NCBI GenBank assembly: GCA_021809425.1
Contig: JAKBAA010000017.1
Span: 1 to 48,210, forward strand
Length of the DNA stretch: 48,210 bases
Direction: 5' to 3'
From: Actinomycetes bacterium
Lineage (GTDB): Bacteria > Actinomycetota > Acidimicrobiia > Acidimicrobiales > Bog-793
Shown: positions 19,209-28,225 of the stretch, in pieces
Layout: each line of letters opens with the position of its first letter
How positions within the stretch are numbered: the stretch's first letter is position 1
Position numbers and translations under genes: made by a program
The notes under the pieces: generated by a model
What the model saw: the letters and a program-made list of their open reading frames with translations, nothing else
Told to the model about the DNA's origin: nothing
Database searches by the model: none

Positions 19209-20795
19209 ATGAGCGAGCACCCACCGCAAGGGTTCGAGCGACGTCGCGACGTTGCCGTCGTCGGCGGCTCGGCAGCCGGGCTGGCGGCCGCCCTCCAGCT
19301 CGTGCGCCAGCGGCGGTCGGTGATCGTGGTGGACGACGGGACGCCGCGCAACCTGACCGCAGAGGTCGCCCACGGCTACCTCGGCCACGACGGGGTCCGA
19401 CCGGGCGAGCTGGTGGCGGCGGGACGAGCGGAGGTCCGCCGCTACGGCGGCGAGGTGGTGACCGGGCGCGTGCTGCAGGTGGCACGCACCGAGGAGGGCG
19501 AGCTGCGCCTCGAGCTCACCGGTGGCCACGCCGTCGTCGCACGCCGCGTCCTCGCCGCCACCGGTTGCGCCGACGAGCTGCCCGACCTCGACGGGCTGGC
19601 CGCCCACTGGGGGTCGGGTGTGGTGCACTGCCCCTTCTGCCACGGCGACGAGGTGGGCGACCGGCGCGTCGTGCAGGTCGTCACCCACCCGGCCGGCCTG
19701 CACACCGCCCCGCTGTTCTGGCGGCTCGCCGGCCAGCTGACCATCGTGCTGCACGGCGTCGCCGGCGCCGACGCCGGCCTGGTGGATGGCCTGCGGGCGG
19801 CCGGCGTCGAGGTCCTCGACGCGACCGTCCGCCGGGTCGTCACGGGCGTCGACGGCGCGGTCGCCGCCGTCGAGCTCGACGGTGGCCGGCGCCTTCCGGC
19901 GGACGTGGTCGCCGTCGGTCCGCGCTGGAGGGTGCGGGTGGCGCCGTTCACCGGGCTCGGGCTCGAGCCGGCGCCGCACCCGAGCGGCCTCGGCGACGTC
20001 GTCGAGGTGGACGCCACCGGTGCCACGTCGGTCCCGGGGCTCTTCGCCGCCGGCAACCTCACCGACCCGAGCCGCCAGCTGCTCCTTGCTGCTGCCGACG
20101 GCAGCCGTGTCGGCGCGATGATCGCGGTCGACCTCGCCGAGGAGGACCTCCGCGCCGGCCCACGGCCGTCGGCCGCCGAGGCCGACTGGGATCACCGCTA
20201 CGCCGGTGCTCCGCTGTGGAGCGGCAACCCCAACGGCGCGCTCGTCGTCGAGCTGGCCGGTGCGACACCCGGGCGGGCGCTCGACGTCGGTGCGGGCGAG
20301 GGGGGCGATGCCCTCTGGCTGGCCCGGCAGGGCTGGAAGGTCACGGCGAGCGACATCTCCCGGCGTGGCCTCGACCGTCTCGCCGCCGCCGCCCGCCAGC
20401 ACGGCCTCGACGTCGAGTGCCTGCACGCCGATGCAAATGCCATCGAGCCGTTCGCGCCGGGTGCGTTCGATCTCGTGAGCGCGCACTACGCCTCCATCCC
20501 CCGGACCCCCGACCGGCGCGCCGTCCGCAACCTGCTTGCCGCCGTGGCCCCGGACGGGACCCTGCTCGTGGTCGGCCACGACCTCGGACCGATGCGGGCA
20601 CCCCTCGACGTCGCCGCCGCCAGCCGTCCGTTCGACCCCGACGCCTACGTCCGGGTGGACGACGTCGCCGAGGTGCTGGCCGGCGAGGCCGGCTGGGAGG
20701 TCCAGCTGCACGAGATCCGACCGCGGCCGCCAGGTGCCGCGTCGGCCGGGCACCACGTCGACGACGTCGTCCTGCGGGCGAGGCGCCGCCGCTGA
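19209..20795 (+). CDS. Fusion protein. The N-terminal domain is an FAD/NAD(P) pyridine-nucleotide-disulfide oxidoreductase (thioredoxin-reductase-like, active-site CPFC). The C-terminal domain is a TPMT/TehB-like class I SAM methyltransferase.
   Basis: Dinucleotide-binding VAVVGGSAAGLAAAL, the HCPFCHG redox motif, and a second Rossmann segment. Then LDVGAGEGGDALWLARQGWKVTASDIS (SAM motif I) and DLVSAHYA. Divergent from the XRE-cupin regulator. Confidence 0.8.
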   Translation: MSEHPPQGFERRRDVAVVGGSAAGLAAALQLVRQRRSVIVVDDGTPRNLTAEVAHGYLGHDGVRPGELVAAGRAEVRRYGGEVVTGRVLQVARTEEGELRLELTGGHAVVARRVLAATGCADELPDLDGLAAHWGSGVVHCPFCHGDEVGDRRVVQVVTHPAGLHTAPLFWRLAGQLTIVLHGVAGADAGLVDGLRAAGVEVLDATVRRVVTGVDGAVAAVELDGGRRLPADVVAVGPRWRVRVAPFTGLGLEPAPHPSGLGDVVEVDATGATSVPGLFAAGNLTDPSRQLLLAAADGSRVGAMIAVDLAEEDLRAGPRPSAAEADWDHRYAGAPLWSGNPNGALVVELAGATPGRALDVGAGEGGDALWLARQGWKVTASDISRRGLDRLAAAARQHGLDVECLHADANAIEPFAPGAFDLVSAHYASIPRTPDRRAVRNLLAAVAPDGTLLVVGHDLGPMRAPLDVAAASRPFDPDAYVRVDDVAEVLAGEAGWEVQLHEIRPRPPGAASAGHHVDDVVLRARRRR

Positions 20796-20847
20796 GGTCG
20801 CCTGCCGGGCCGCGCCGCCCCGAGGCGGGTCGGGCTGCTCCGCTACC

Positions 20848-21624
20848 GTGGTCGGGGTGGGGATCGACGTGCGGGAGGCCGTCCGCCTGCACGCCCGGCC
20901 CGGGGCGCGGCGCTCGCTGGCGCTCGGCGTCGGGCTGGTCGTGGTCGTGGCGCTGGCGGCCGGGATCGCCGGCACGACCCGCTTCTCCGGGCCTCGCTGG
21001 GTGCCGCACTTCGGCGGTGGGCCGAGGGCGAGCGCCCGGGCGCGCCCCGCTGCCGCGTCCAGCGCCGCGCCACGCCTCGTCCAATCGCACGGTCACGCCA
21101 GCTTCCCGGTCGCCCCGCTCGTCGGGGTCGCCGCCGGGCTGGTGGTTGCCGGCGTGGCCTACCTCCTGTGGCGCCTGTGGGCGCGCCGCCCGAGCCCTGC
21201 GGCGCCGGACCTGCACGCGCTCCCGGTCGATTCGGTGCGCGCCGCCGGCGCCGAGCCGGAGCCCGAGCCAGGACCGGAGCCGGAGCAGCTGCGCACGGGC
21301 ATCGAGCTGGCGCTCGCCGTGCTCGACGAGCAGCGCGAGCCGGCCGATGCCGTCGTGCGCGCCTGGCTCGGCCTCGAGGAGACGGCCGAGCAGTCGGGCA
21401 TCGTCCGACGACCGGCCGAGACGCCGACCGAGCTCACCACGCGCATCCTCGCTCGCTTGGTCGCCGACGACCGGGCGTTGCGGACGCTGCTGCGCCTCTA
21501 CCTGCAGGTCCGTTTCGGCGACCATCCCGTGACGAGCGAGGACGTGGCCACCGTGCGGGCGGCGCTCGGCGAGCTCGTGCGCAGCTGGCGGGACGCCGTG
21601 CCCACTTCGACGAGCGCCCGCTGA
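20848..21624 (+). CDS. DUF4129 domain-containing membrane protein (first gene of a MoxR/DUF58 module)
   Basis: TM helices, a Glu/Pro-rich linker (EPEPEPGPEPEQ), and a C-terminal DUF4129-like motif RRPAETPTELTTRILAR...RFGD. The GTG start is a guess; the upstream part of ORF 20536..21624 overlaps the previous gene. Confidence 0.6.
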   Translation: MVGVGIDVREAVRLHARPGARRSLALGVGLVVVVALAAGIAGTTRFSGPRWVPHFGGGPRASARARPAAASSAAPRLVQSHGHASFPVAPLVGVAAGLVVAGVAYLLWRLWARRPSPAAPDLHALPVDSVRAAGAEPEPEPGPEPEQLRTGIELALAVLDEQREPADAVVRAWLGLEETAEQSGIVRRPAETPTELTTRILARLVADDRALRTLLRLYLQVRFGDHPVTSEDVATVRAALGELVRSWRDAVPTSTSAR

Positions 21625-21625
21625 G

Positions 21626-22279
21626 GTGCCCCGGGCGGCGCGCAACCGGCTCGCCCTGCTCGCCCGCCGGCACGGACGGAGGGTGCCGCGCTCGGCGCTG
21701 CTCCTCGCCCCCGCCGTCGGTCTCGTCTGCTTCTACCTCGGCGCCGACCCGTGGCGCTCCCTGCTGCTCGGCGTCGCCATCACCGTCCTCGCCGTCGCAG
21801 GATCCCTCGGTCTCGCGCTCGGGCTGGAGCCCGACACCGAGCACACCCGCTGGCGCGGCGAGCGTTCGGGCCGGCTGCGGGGGACGCGCACGGACGTCGT
21901 GAGCCTGTCGTCGGCCCTCGCCGAGCGGTGGGGGCGGGCGAACCTGGCGCAGGGACGCATTGCCCAGATCGCCCGGCAGCGGCTGGCCCTGCACGACCTC
22001 GACCTGCACCGTCCAGGCGACCGCGCCGCGATCGAGCGGCTCGTCGGCGGCCGTACCTACCGCCTGCTCGTCCGTGGGGGGCGGCGCGGCGTGCGGTTGG
22101 CCTCCATCGTCCACGCCCTCGACGCCCTCGACGCCCTCGACGCACGTCAGGTCGTGGCCGGGACGGCCATGGCCGAGGCCGAGCGGGCCGCACCAGCTGG
22201 ACCGCCGGCCCGCCGCCGTCACACCATGCAGGCGTCGCGCCCCTTTACGTCGCCCTCGAGGAGCCCCCGTGAGCCTTGA
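21626..22279 (+). CDS. Hypothetical membrane protein (2 TM) in the MoxR module; contains the in-frame 9-nt x3 repeat GACGCCCTC (DALDALDAL) at ~22118-22150
   Basis: Hydrophobic N-terminus (LLLAPAVGLVCFYLGADPWRSLLLGVAITVLAVAGSLGLALGL). Position between the DUF4129 and MoxR genes. Its end overlaps the MoxR start. Confidence 0.45.
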   Translation: MPRAARNRLALLARRHGRRVPRSALLLAPAVGLVCFYLGADPWRSLLLGVAITVLAVAGSLGLALGLEPDTEHTRWRGERSGRLRGTRTDVVSLSSALAERWGRANLAQGRIAQIARQRLALHDLDLHRPGDRAAIERLVGGRTYRLLVRGGRRGVRLASIVHALDALDALDARQVVAGTAMAEAERAAPAGPPARRRHTMQASRPFTSPSRSPREP

Positions 22280-23321
22280 CCCATCGCCTCCCCCGAGCCC
22301 GCTCGACTCGGCAACCCTCCGGGCGGCGGCGCGACCCGAGCCGTTGCCGGTGGGCGAGATCGCCAGCCTCGCCGGCGACGTGCTGCGGCGCGTCGCCACG
22401 GTCGTCGTGGGCATGGACGAGGCGGTCGAGCTGGCGCTGGCCAGCATCCTCGCCGGCGGTCACGTCCTGTTCGAGGACCTGCCGGGGCTCGGCAAGACGC
22501 TGGCGGCACGCAGCCTCGCAGCGGCGCTCGGCCTGGACTTCCGCCGGCTGCAGTGCACGCCGGACCTCCTGCCCTCCGACATCACCGGCTCGTTCGTCTA
22601 CAGCCCGGCGACGACCGAGCTCGTGTTCCGGCCCGGTCCGGTGTTCACCGGCATGTTCCTCGCTGACGAGATCAACCGGACGTCGCCGAAGACGCAGTCG
22701 GCGCTCCTCGAGGCGATGGCTGAGGGCCAGGTGAGCGTGGAGGGGCGGAGCTTCGCCCTGCCGTCGCCGTTCCACGTGGTCGCCACGGCCAACCCGATCG
22801 AGTTCGAGGGCACCTACGCCCTGCCCGAGGCCCAGCTCGACCGGTTCCTCGTCCGCCTCGAGGTCGGCTACCCGGAGCGGGACGGCGAGACGCAGATCCT
22901 GCTCAACCGGGTCGAGCGCCAGCACGAGGTGGCCACGGTGGCGCCCGTCGTCGACGCCGGCACGCTGTCGGCGATGCAGGCCGGGATCGAGCGGGTCTAC
23001 GTCGAGGCCGACGTCGCCCGCTACTGCGTCGACCTCGCCGTCGCGACCCGCCGGCACCGCTCGATCGAGGTGGGCGCCTCGCCGCGGGGCTCCCAGGGCC
23101 TGCTGCTGCTCGGCCGTGCCCTCGCCGTCGTCGCCGGGCGCGACTTCGTCACCCCCGAGGACGTGAAGCGCGTGGCGGTGCCGGTGCTCGCCCACCGGCT
23201 CTCGCTCACGACCCAGGCATGGGCCGACGGGACGCGCGCCGCTGACGTCGTCGCCGGCATCGTCGCCGATGTCCCCGGCCCGCCGCCCGTCGGCCGGCGA
23301 GCGACCACCGAGCGGGCGTGA
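22269..23321 (+). CDS. MoxR-family AAA+ ATPase
   Basis: Walker A GHVLFEDLPGLGKTLAA, Walker B MFLADEINRTSPKTQSALLEAMAE, sensor VVATANPIE. Collinear with MoxR/RavA-like proteins. GTG start at VSLDPS. Confidence 0.9.
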   Translation: MSLDPSPPPSPLDSATLRAAARPEPLPVGEIASLAGDVLRRVATVVVGMDEAVELALASILAGGHVLFEDLPGLGKTLAARSLAAALGLDFRRLQCTPDLLPSDITGSFVYSPATTELVFRPGPVFTGMFLADEINRTSPKTQSALLEAMAEGQVSVEGRSFALPSPFHVVATANPIEFEGTYALPEAQLDRFLVRLEVGYPERDGETQILLNRVERQHEVATVAPVVDAGTLSAMQAGIERVYVEADVARYCVDLAVATRRHRSIEVGASPRGSQGLLLLGRALAVVAGRDFVTPEDVKRVAVPVLAHRLSLTTQAWADGTRAADVVAGIVADVPGPPPVGRRATTERA

Positions 23322-24676
23322 CGATGGCGGTGCCACCACCGCACGCCGCCGAGGCGGCGCCGGGCAGGGAGCTGCCCCGGTGGCGCCGCTCGGCCGGGGT
23401 GCCGGCGGCGGCCGTCGTCGCCGTCGTGCTCGCCGCCGCCGGGCTGATCGCCGGCCGGGTCGACCTGGCGCTGCTGGCGGTCCCGCTCGTCGCCGGGGTC
23501 GGGCTCAGCTGGGGGCGCCGGCCCGACCCGTCGGCGGGCGGGTCGGTACGACTGGAGCTCGGGACGCCGCGTGGCGCGGAGGTCGACTACGTCCTGTCGC
23601 TGCGCCCCCCGCCCGGGGTGGAAGCGGTGGTGCTGCGCCAGCGCCTCCTCGCCGGCGAGGCGCGCGAGGTCGTCGTGTCCACCGCTCCCGACGGGGCCCT
23701 CGGGGGGACGGTGCCGCTGCTGCACTCGGGCCCGCAGGAGCTGGTGCGGGTCGAGTACCGCTATCTCGGTGCCGACGCGGCGGCGGTCGGCTCGCCGCAC
23801 GAGCCGCTCGTCGCCGAGCTCGTCGTCGCACCGGCGCGGGCGGAGGTGCGTGCCCTGCCGCTCCCGTGGCGCCTGCAGGGGCTCACCGGCAGCCACGCCT
23901 CGGCGCGCGCCGGGGACGGTGGCGACTTCCGCGACGTGCACCGCTTCGTGCCCGGCGACCGGCTGCGCCGGATCGACTGGAAGGCGACGGCGCGCCGAGC
24001 CGGCAATGCTGGCGAGCTGTACGTCCGGCGGACGGCGGCGCTTGCCGACGCCACGGTGCTCCTCGTGCTCGACAGCCGGGACGACGTGGGCGAGCAGGTG
24101 GCCGAGTGGAGCCGCAATGCCGCCGCGACGATGGGCGTCAGCTCGCTCGACGTCGCCCGGGAGGCGGCCGGCTCGCTCGCCTCCGCCTACATCCGGGCGG
24201 GCGACCGTGTCGGCTTCCAGGACCTGTCGAGCACGGCCCGGATGATCCCCCACGGCGGCGGCAACCGCCACCTGTGGCGGCTGCTGCGCGCCATCGAGAC
24301 GACCGCGCCGTCCGCGACGCCCTTCAGCCGCCACCGGCCGCCGATCGTCCCACCGGGCGCCCTCGTGTACCTGCTCTCGAGCCTGCTCGACGACCAGGCC
24401 GTCCGCCTTGCCCTCACCTGGCGGGGGGGCGGCCACCGGGTGGTCGCCGTCGACGTGCTGCCGGCGGCGCGCCTCGCCCGGACGAACCGCTACCAGCGGC
24501 TGGCGCACCGTGTCCTCTTGATGGAGCGCCACGACCGGATCGGCCTGCTCCAGGCCCGGGGGGTGGAGGTGCTGCGGTGGCCGGACGACGGCGCCACGCT
24601 GCCGCGCCGCGTGCGCCTGCAGCTGCTCAGTCGGCCCTCCCGCCACGGGGCACGGCCGGCGGTCGGCCGATGGTGA
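23318..24676 (+). CDS. DUF58 domain protein (VWA-like partner of MoxR)
   Basis: DUF58 core GDFRDVHRFVPGDRLRRIDWKATARRAG followed by a VWA-like segment (TVLLVLDSRDDVG). 4-nt overlap with moxR. Confidence 0.85.
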   Translation: MTMAVPPPHAAEAAPGRELPRWRRSAGVPAAAVVAVVLAAAGLIAGRVDLALLAVPLVAGVGLSWGRRPDPSAGGSVRLELGTPRGAEVDYVLSLRPPPGVEAVVLRQRLLAGEAREVVVSTAPDGALGGTVPLLHSGPQELVRVEYRYLGADAAAVGSPHEPLVAELVVAPARAEVRALPLPWRLQGLTGSHASARAGDGGDFRDVHRFVPGDRLRRIDWKATARRAGNAGELYVRRTAALADATVLLVLDSRDDVGEQVAEWSRNAAATMGVSSLDVAREAAGSLASAYIRAGDRVGFQDLSSTARMIPHGGGNRHLWRLLRAIETTAPSATPFSRHRPPIVPPGALVYLLSSLLDDQAVRLALTWRGGGHRVVAVDVLPAARLARTNRYQRLAHRVLLMERHDRIGLLQARGVEVLRWPDDGATLPRRVRLQLLSRPSRHGARPAVGRW

Positions 24677-25263
24677 GCCTGCGGGCGCTCACCCGGCCGG
24701 CGGACCTCGCGGCCGGCGACGCACGCCTTCCCGGGCTGGCCCTTCGGGCGGTGCTGCTCGCGGTGGGGATCGGCCTCGCCATCGTCGAGGAGGGCGGTAG
24801 CGGCCTGCTCGTCGTGGCGATCGCCTTGGCGATCGGCGCGGCCTGGGCTCCCCAGTACCTGCTCGGATGGGGGCTCATCTTGTGCCTCGGCCTGAGCCAG
24901 CTGGCCCGCCACGACGTGCTCGGCTGGCGCCTGCTCGTCCTCTTGGCCGGTCTCCACCTGCTGCACGTCCTGAGCCTGCTCGTGCTCGAGCTGCCGTGGC
25001 GCAGCTGGATCCAGCCCTCGGTGCTCGCCGGACCGCTCGTGCGCTTCGTCGCCGTCCAACTGCCGGCGCAGGCCCTGGCGATCCCCACCTTGGCGCTCCT
25101 CGCGCCGGGTGGCGGCGGGCATCGCCCGGTGACGATGGCCGCCTTCGCCGGCGTCGGCATCGTGGCGCTCGCCGGCCTGACCGCCCTCCTCCTGCTCCCG
25201 CCCCCGGCCGACATCGCCGACGCCCCCGGTGCACGCCCCGGGTCGGACGCCGGTGAGGGTTGA
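24670..25263 (+). CDS. Integral membrane protein, terminal gene of the MoxR module
   Basis: ~197 aa with 4-5 TM helices (LLVVAIALAIGAAWAP..., LLVLLAGLHLLHVLSLLVLELPW...). Its ATG overlaps the DUF58 stop. Confidence 0.55.
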   Translation: MVSLRALTRPADLAAGDARLPGLALRAVLLAVGIGLAIVEEGGSGLLVVAIALAIGAAWAPQYLLGWGLILCLGLSQLARHDVLGWRLLVLLAGLHLLHVLSLLVLELPWRSWIQPSVLAGPLVRFVAVQLPAQALAIPTLALLAPGGGGHRPVTMAAFAGVGIVALAGLTALLLLPPPADIADAPGARPGSDAGEG

Positions 25264-25332
25264 GCCTGCGGGCGCGGGCGACGGGGAGGGCGGAGCGGAC
25301 GGGCGCGGGCGCCGAGGGCCCGGAGCCGGCGG

Positions 25333-26640
25333 TCAGCCGGCGGGGCGCGACCGGAGCTCGCGCAGGTGTACCCGTCCGCCCGTGCGGAGAACGGCCGCCC
25401 GGTAGACGGCGGCCGCACCGCGCGCCGCGGCGGCGGTCGCCGCGAGGGAGAGGGCCACCGAGAGGAGGAATTGCCACCAGGTCACGGCCCCGAAGCCGAC
25501 GAGGGTGGGCATGGCGAACGGGGCGGTCGGAGGGAGATAGGCGAGGACCTTCACCAGCAGGGAGGGCGCCCCGGAGCCCGCGCTGGTGAGGGAGGCGATG
25601 TAGCCGAGCAGCAGGGGGGCGCTGAGCGGCAGCACCAGGCTCTGGGCCTGGTCCTGGCGCTCGGCCATCGCCCCGGCGGCGGCGTAGACCCAGCTGTACA
25701 GGGCATAGCCGAGCACCAGCCAGACGAGCGTGGCAGCGACGACGACCGGGGCGGCGCCCTGCGCGAGGCTCGATCCGACCACCCGGGCCAGCACGAGGGC
25801 GAACACGACGAGGGCGGCAGCCTGGGCGAGGGCCACGGCGCCGATGCCGACCACCTTGCCGGCGAGCAGGTGCAGGGGGCGAACGGTGGCGAGCAGCACC
25901 TCCACCACCCGGCTGGCCTTCTCCTCCATCACGCCCATGAGGGTCCAGCCCAGGTACTGGCTGAGGACGACGAAGATGAACACGACCCCGAGCAGCGCCG
26001 TGGCCTGCGCCGTCGTTCGCTTCGGCTTGCCGGCGTGCAGGCTCCCGACGGCGAGCGGGGCGGCGCCGGCCACGACCGTCGCCTGCTCCCCGGTGAGGCC
26101 GGCTCGGGCGTAGGCGCGCTGCTCGCCGAGCGCGGTCGAGACGACCCGCGCGAGGCGCGCCAGGGAGGACGTGTCCGACGGGGCGATCGGGTCGTCGACG
26201 AGCAGGCGGGTCGTTCCCTGCACGACGAGGTCGACCCGCCCGGCGGCGAGCGCTGCGCGCGCCCGGTCGAGGCCGGGCTCGGCGACGACCGCGATCGTGA
26301 GGCCGACGCTCCGGGCGAGGGCGTGCAGCTCGCGCTGGAGCGCTGGCGAGCCGGCGACGACGCCGATGGTCGGCCGCTTCGCCGTCCCGCGGTGCACCGC
26401 CGGGATGACCACGGCTGCGGCGACGACGAGGAACAGGATGGCCGTGACGACGCGGAACAGGCGGCCTCGTACCCGCTCGCGGATCTCCCGGCCGGCGACG
26501 AGGCCGGTCGGGCCGAGGCGTGCCCGGCCACCGGCACCAGGAAGGGTCCAGCGTGGTCCGGTCCCGCCACTGCGTCGCCGCCGTAGCAGGCGGAGGACGA
26601 AGGCGAGGGCGAGCAGGATGACAACGGGCAGCTCCTTCAC
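25333..26640 (-). CDS. ABC-2 family transporter permease with a large extracytoplasmic loop (YhgE/Pip or NatB-like)
   Basis: TM1, then a ~180-aa loop, then five TM helices (LLGVVFIFVVLSQYLGWTLMGVMEEKASRVVEVLLATVRP...). No ATPase gene is adjacent. Start guessed at the GTG VKELP. Confidence 0.7.
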   Translation of the reverse strand: MKELPVVILLALAFVLRLLRRRRSGGTGPRWTLPGAGGRARLGPTGLVAGREIRERVRGRLFRVVTAILFLVVAAAVVIPAVHRGTAKRPTIGVVAGSPALQRELHALARSVGLTIAVVAEPGLDRARAALAAGRVDLVVQGTTRLLVDDPIAPSDTSSLARLARVVSTALGEQRAYARAGLTGEQATVVAGAAPLAVGSLHAGKPKRTTAQATALLGVVFIFVVLSQYLGWTLMGVMEEKASRVVEVLLATVRPLHLLAGKVVGIGAVALAQAAALVVFALVLARVVGSSLAQGAAPVVVAATLVWLVLGYALYSWVYAAAGAMAERQDQAQSLVLPLSAPLLLGYIASLTSAGSGAPSLLVKVLAYLPPTAPFAMPTLVGFGAVTWWQFLLSVALSLAATAAAARGAAAVYRAAVLRTGGRVHLRELRSRPAG

Positions 26641-26890
26641 GCCGCCCACCCCGCCGTGCCGGCCGGTGGCCGGGGAGGAGGTCGATGCACCCGCCCATGA
26701 TGCTCCGCTGGCGGGTGCGGCGGGGGGAGCAGCCGGCGGCGGCGACCGCTCGGCGGTCCCGCTCGGGCTCAGCCACGTCGTGGTCAACTCGCCCCAGCGC
26801 ACGGTGGTCGAGCAGTTCTCCTGCGATCAGCTCGGGTCGCGGGCCTTCGAGAATTGTGGGCGGCGCGGGCGGCCGGTAGGGTCCGGCGCC

Positions 26891-27889
26891 GTGAGGCGGC
26901 GCATCCGGCTGCCCGGTCGGGGTGTGCGCCTCCCCCGGGTGCTGGTCGGCCTGTGCTGGCTGGTGCTCGTGCCGCTCGCCGCGCTGGCGGTCGCCCGCCT
27001 CGTCGTCGGCGACGCCGACGAGCTGCTGGCCGAGGTCAACAGCCTGAACGGGCTGGCCTATCTTCCGGCCTGGCCGGTGCTCCTCCTCGCCGGCCTGGGG
27101 CGCCGGGCCGTGCTGGGGCTGGCCGCCCTCGCGGTCGTCGCCGCCCAGCTCTGCTTCGCCCTCCCGGAGGTGCTCGCGGCGCAGGCGCTGCCGGCCTGGG
27201 CAGGCTCGTCCGGGGCGGTCCGCCTGTTCGACGCCAACGTCGGCTCGGACATCGGCAACCTCGACATGTCCGGCTTCGCCCGCCAGATCGAGCGGGACCG
27301 GCCGGGCGTCGTGGCGCTCGAGGAGATCAGCCCGGCCGACTTCGACCGGCTGGGGTCGAACGGGGCGCTCGCCGGTCTGCCGTACCGGTCCTACGTGGGC
27401 GGCGGCGCGCCGTGGGGGTTCGGCGTCGCCAGCCGGTTCCCGCTGCGCGTCGGTCGCGCCCTGGTCGATGGCCCCGATCCCTTCCTCGTCCCGGTGCGGC
27501 TCCGGGTCGGCGGCACGACGGTCCGGCTGTGGGTCGTGCACACCGACGCGCCGCCGACCTCGGTGGCTCGCTGGCGCTCGGACCTCGACCGCATCGCTGC
27601 CAGGGTGGCGGCGACCGGCCGCTCCCGCCTGGTCGTCGCCGGCGACTTCAACGCGAGCTGGGGCAACGCCGGCTTCCGTGCCGTGCTCGAGCGCGGCCTC
27701 GTCGACGGCGCGGCGGCCCGTGGCGTGCCGTTCGAGATGACCTGGCCGGCCAACCGTGCCGTCCCTCCGCTCGTGCGGATCGACCACGTCCTCACCGGGA
27801 CCGGGGTGGCGGTCCGGCGCATCGCCGCGGTCGACGGGCCGGGCAGCGACCACCGGGCGCTCGAGGCCACGGTGGCGATCCGAGGCTGA
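26891..27889 (+). CDS. Endonuclease/exonuclease/phosphatase (EEP) family protein with an N-terminal membrane anchor
   Basis: Two N-terminal TM helices followed by the EEP fold (VVALEEISPAD, LWVVHTDAP, VVAGDFNASW, IDHVLTGTG...SDHRAL). Confidence 0.75.
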   Translation: MRRRIRLPGRGVRLPRVLVGLCWLVLVPLAALAVARLVVGDADELLAEVNSLNGLAYLPAWPVLLLAGLGRRAVLGLAALAVVAAQLCFALPEVLAAQALPAWAGSSGAVRLFDANVGSDIGNLDMSGFARQIERDRPGVVALEEISPADFDRLGSNGALAGLPYRSYVGGGAPWGFGVASRFPLRVGRALVDGPDPFLVPVRLRVGGTTVRLWVVHTDAPPTSVARWRSDLDRIAARVAATGRSRLVVAGDFNASWGNAGFRAVLERGLVDGAAARGVPFEMTWPANRAVPPLVRIDHVLTGTGVAVRRIAAVDGPGSDHRALEATVAIRG

Positions 27890-27902
27890 GGGGACGGCTG
27901 GA

Positions 27903-28220
27903 TCAGGCGGTGGCGAGGTCGCGGCGGTCGAACGCGACGAGGCCTGCCCCGACGACGGCGGCGGTCATCCCGACGAGCACGAGGAGGTGCCCGGCGGCGA
28001 AGCCGGTGGCCAGCGGGTCGACCCCGAGGGTGTGGTACCAGGGGGATGCCTGGCGGAGGGCACCGAGGCCGTGCACGAGCGGGGAGAGGGTGCTCGCGAG
28101 GTAGGCGGCGACGGCGAGCAGGGCCGTCACCCCGCGGGCGAGCCCCCGCCGTCCCGTGGCGGCGCCGAGCGCGAAGGCGATCGAGCCGAACAGCAGCCCG
28201 AGCATCCCGGTCGCGACCAC
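27903..28220 (-). pseudogene. C-terminal ~105-aa fragment (3 TM) of an ABC-2 permease, directly after the ATPase; too short to be a functional permease
   Basis: VVATGMLGLLFGSIAFALGAATG...SPWYHTLGVDPLATGFAAGHLLVLVGMTAAVVGAGLVAF matches the last three helices of ABC-2 permeases. Upstream in the same frame there is no start codon until the ATPase region. Confidence 0.5.
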
Positions 28221-28225
28221 GGCGC

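Noticed and set aside
21240-21285. GAGCC(G/C)GAGCC-type repeat encoding EPEPEPGPEPEQ
   Set aside because: An in-frame low-complexity Pro/Glu linker inside the DUF4129 protein, not an independent element.
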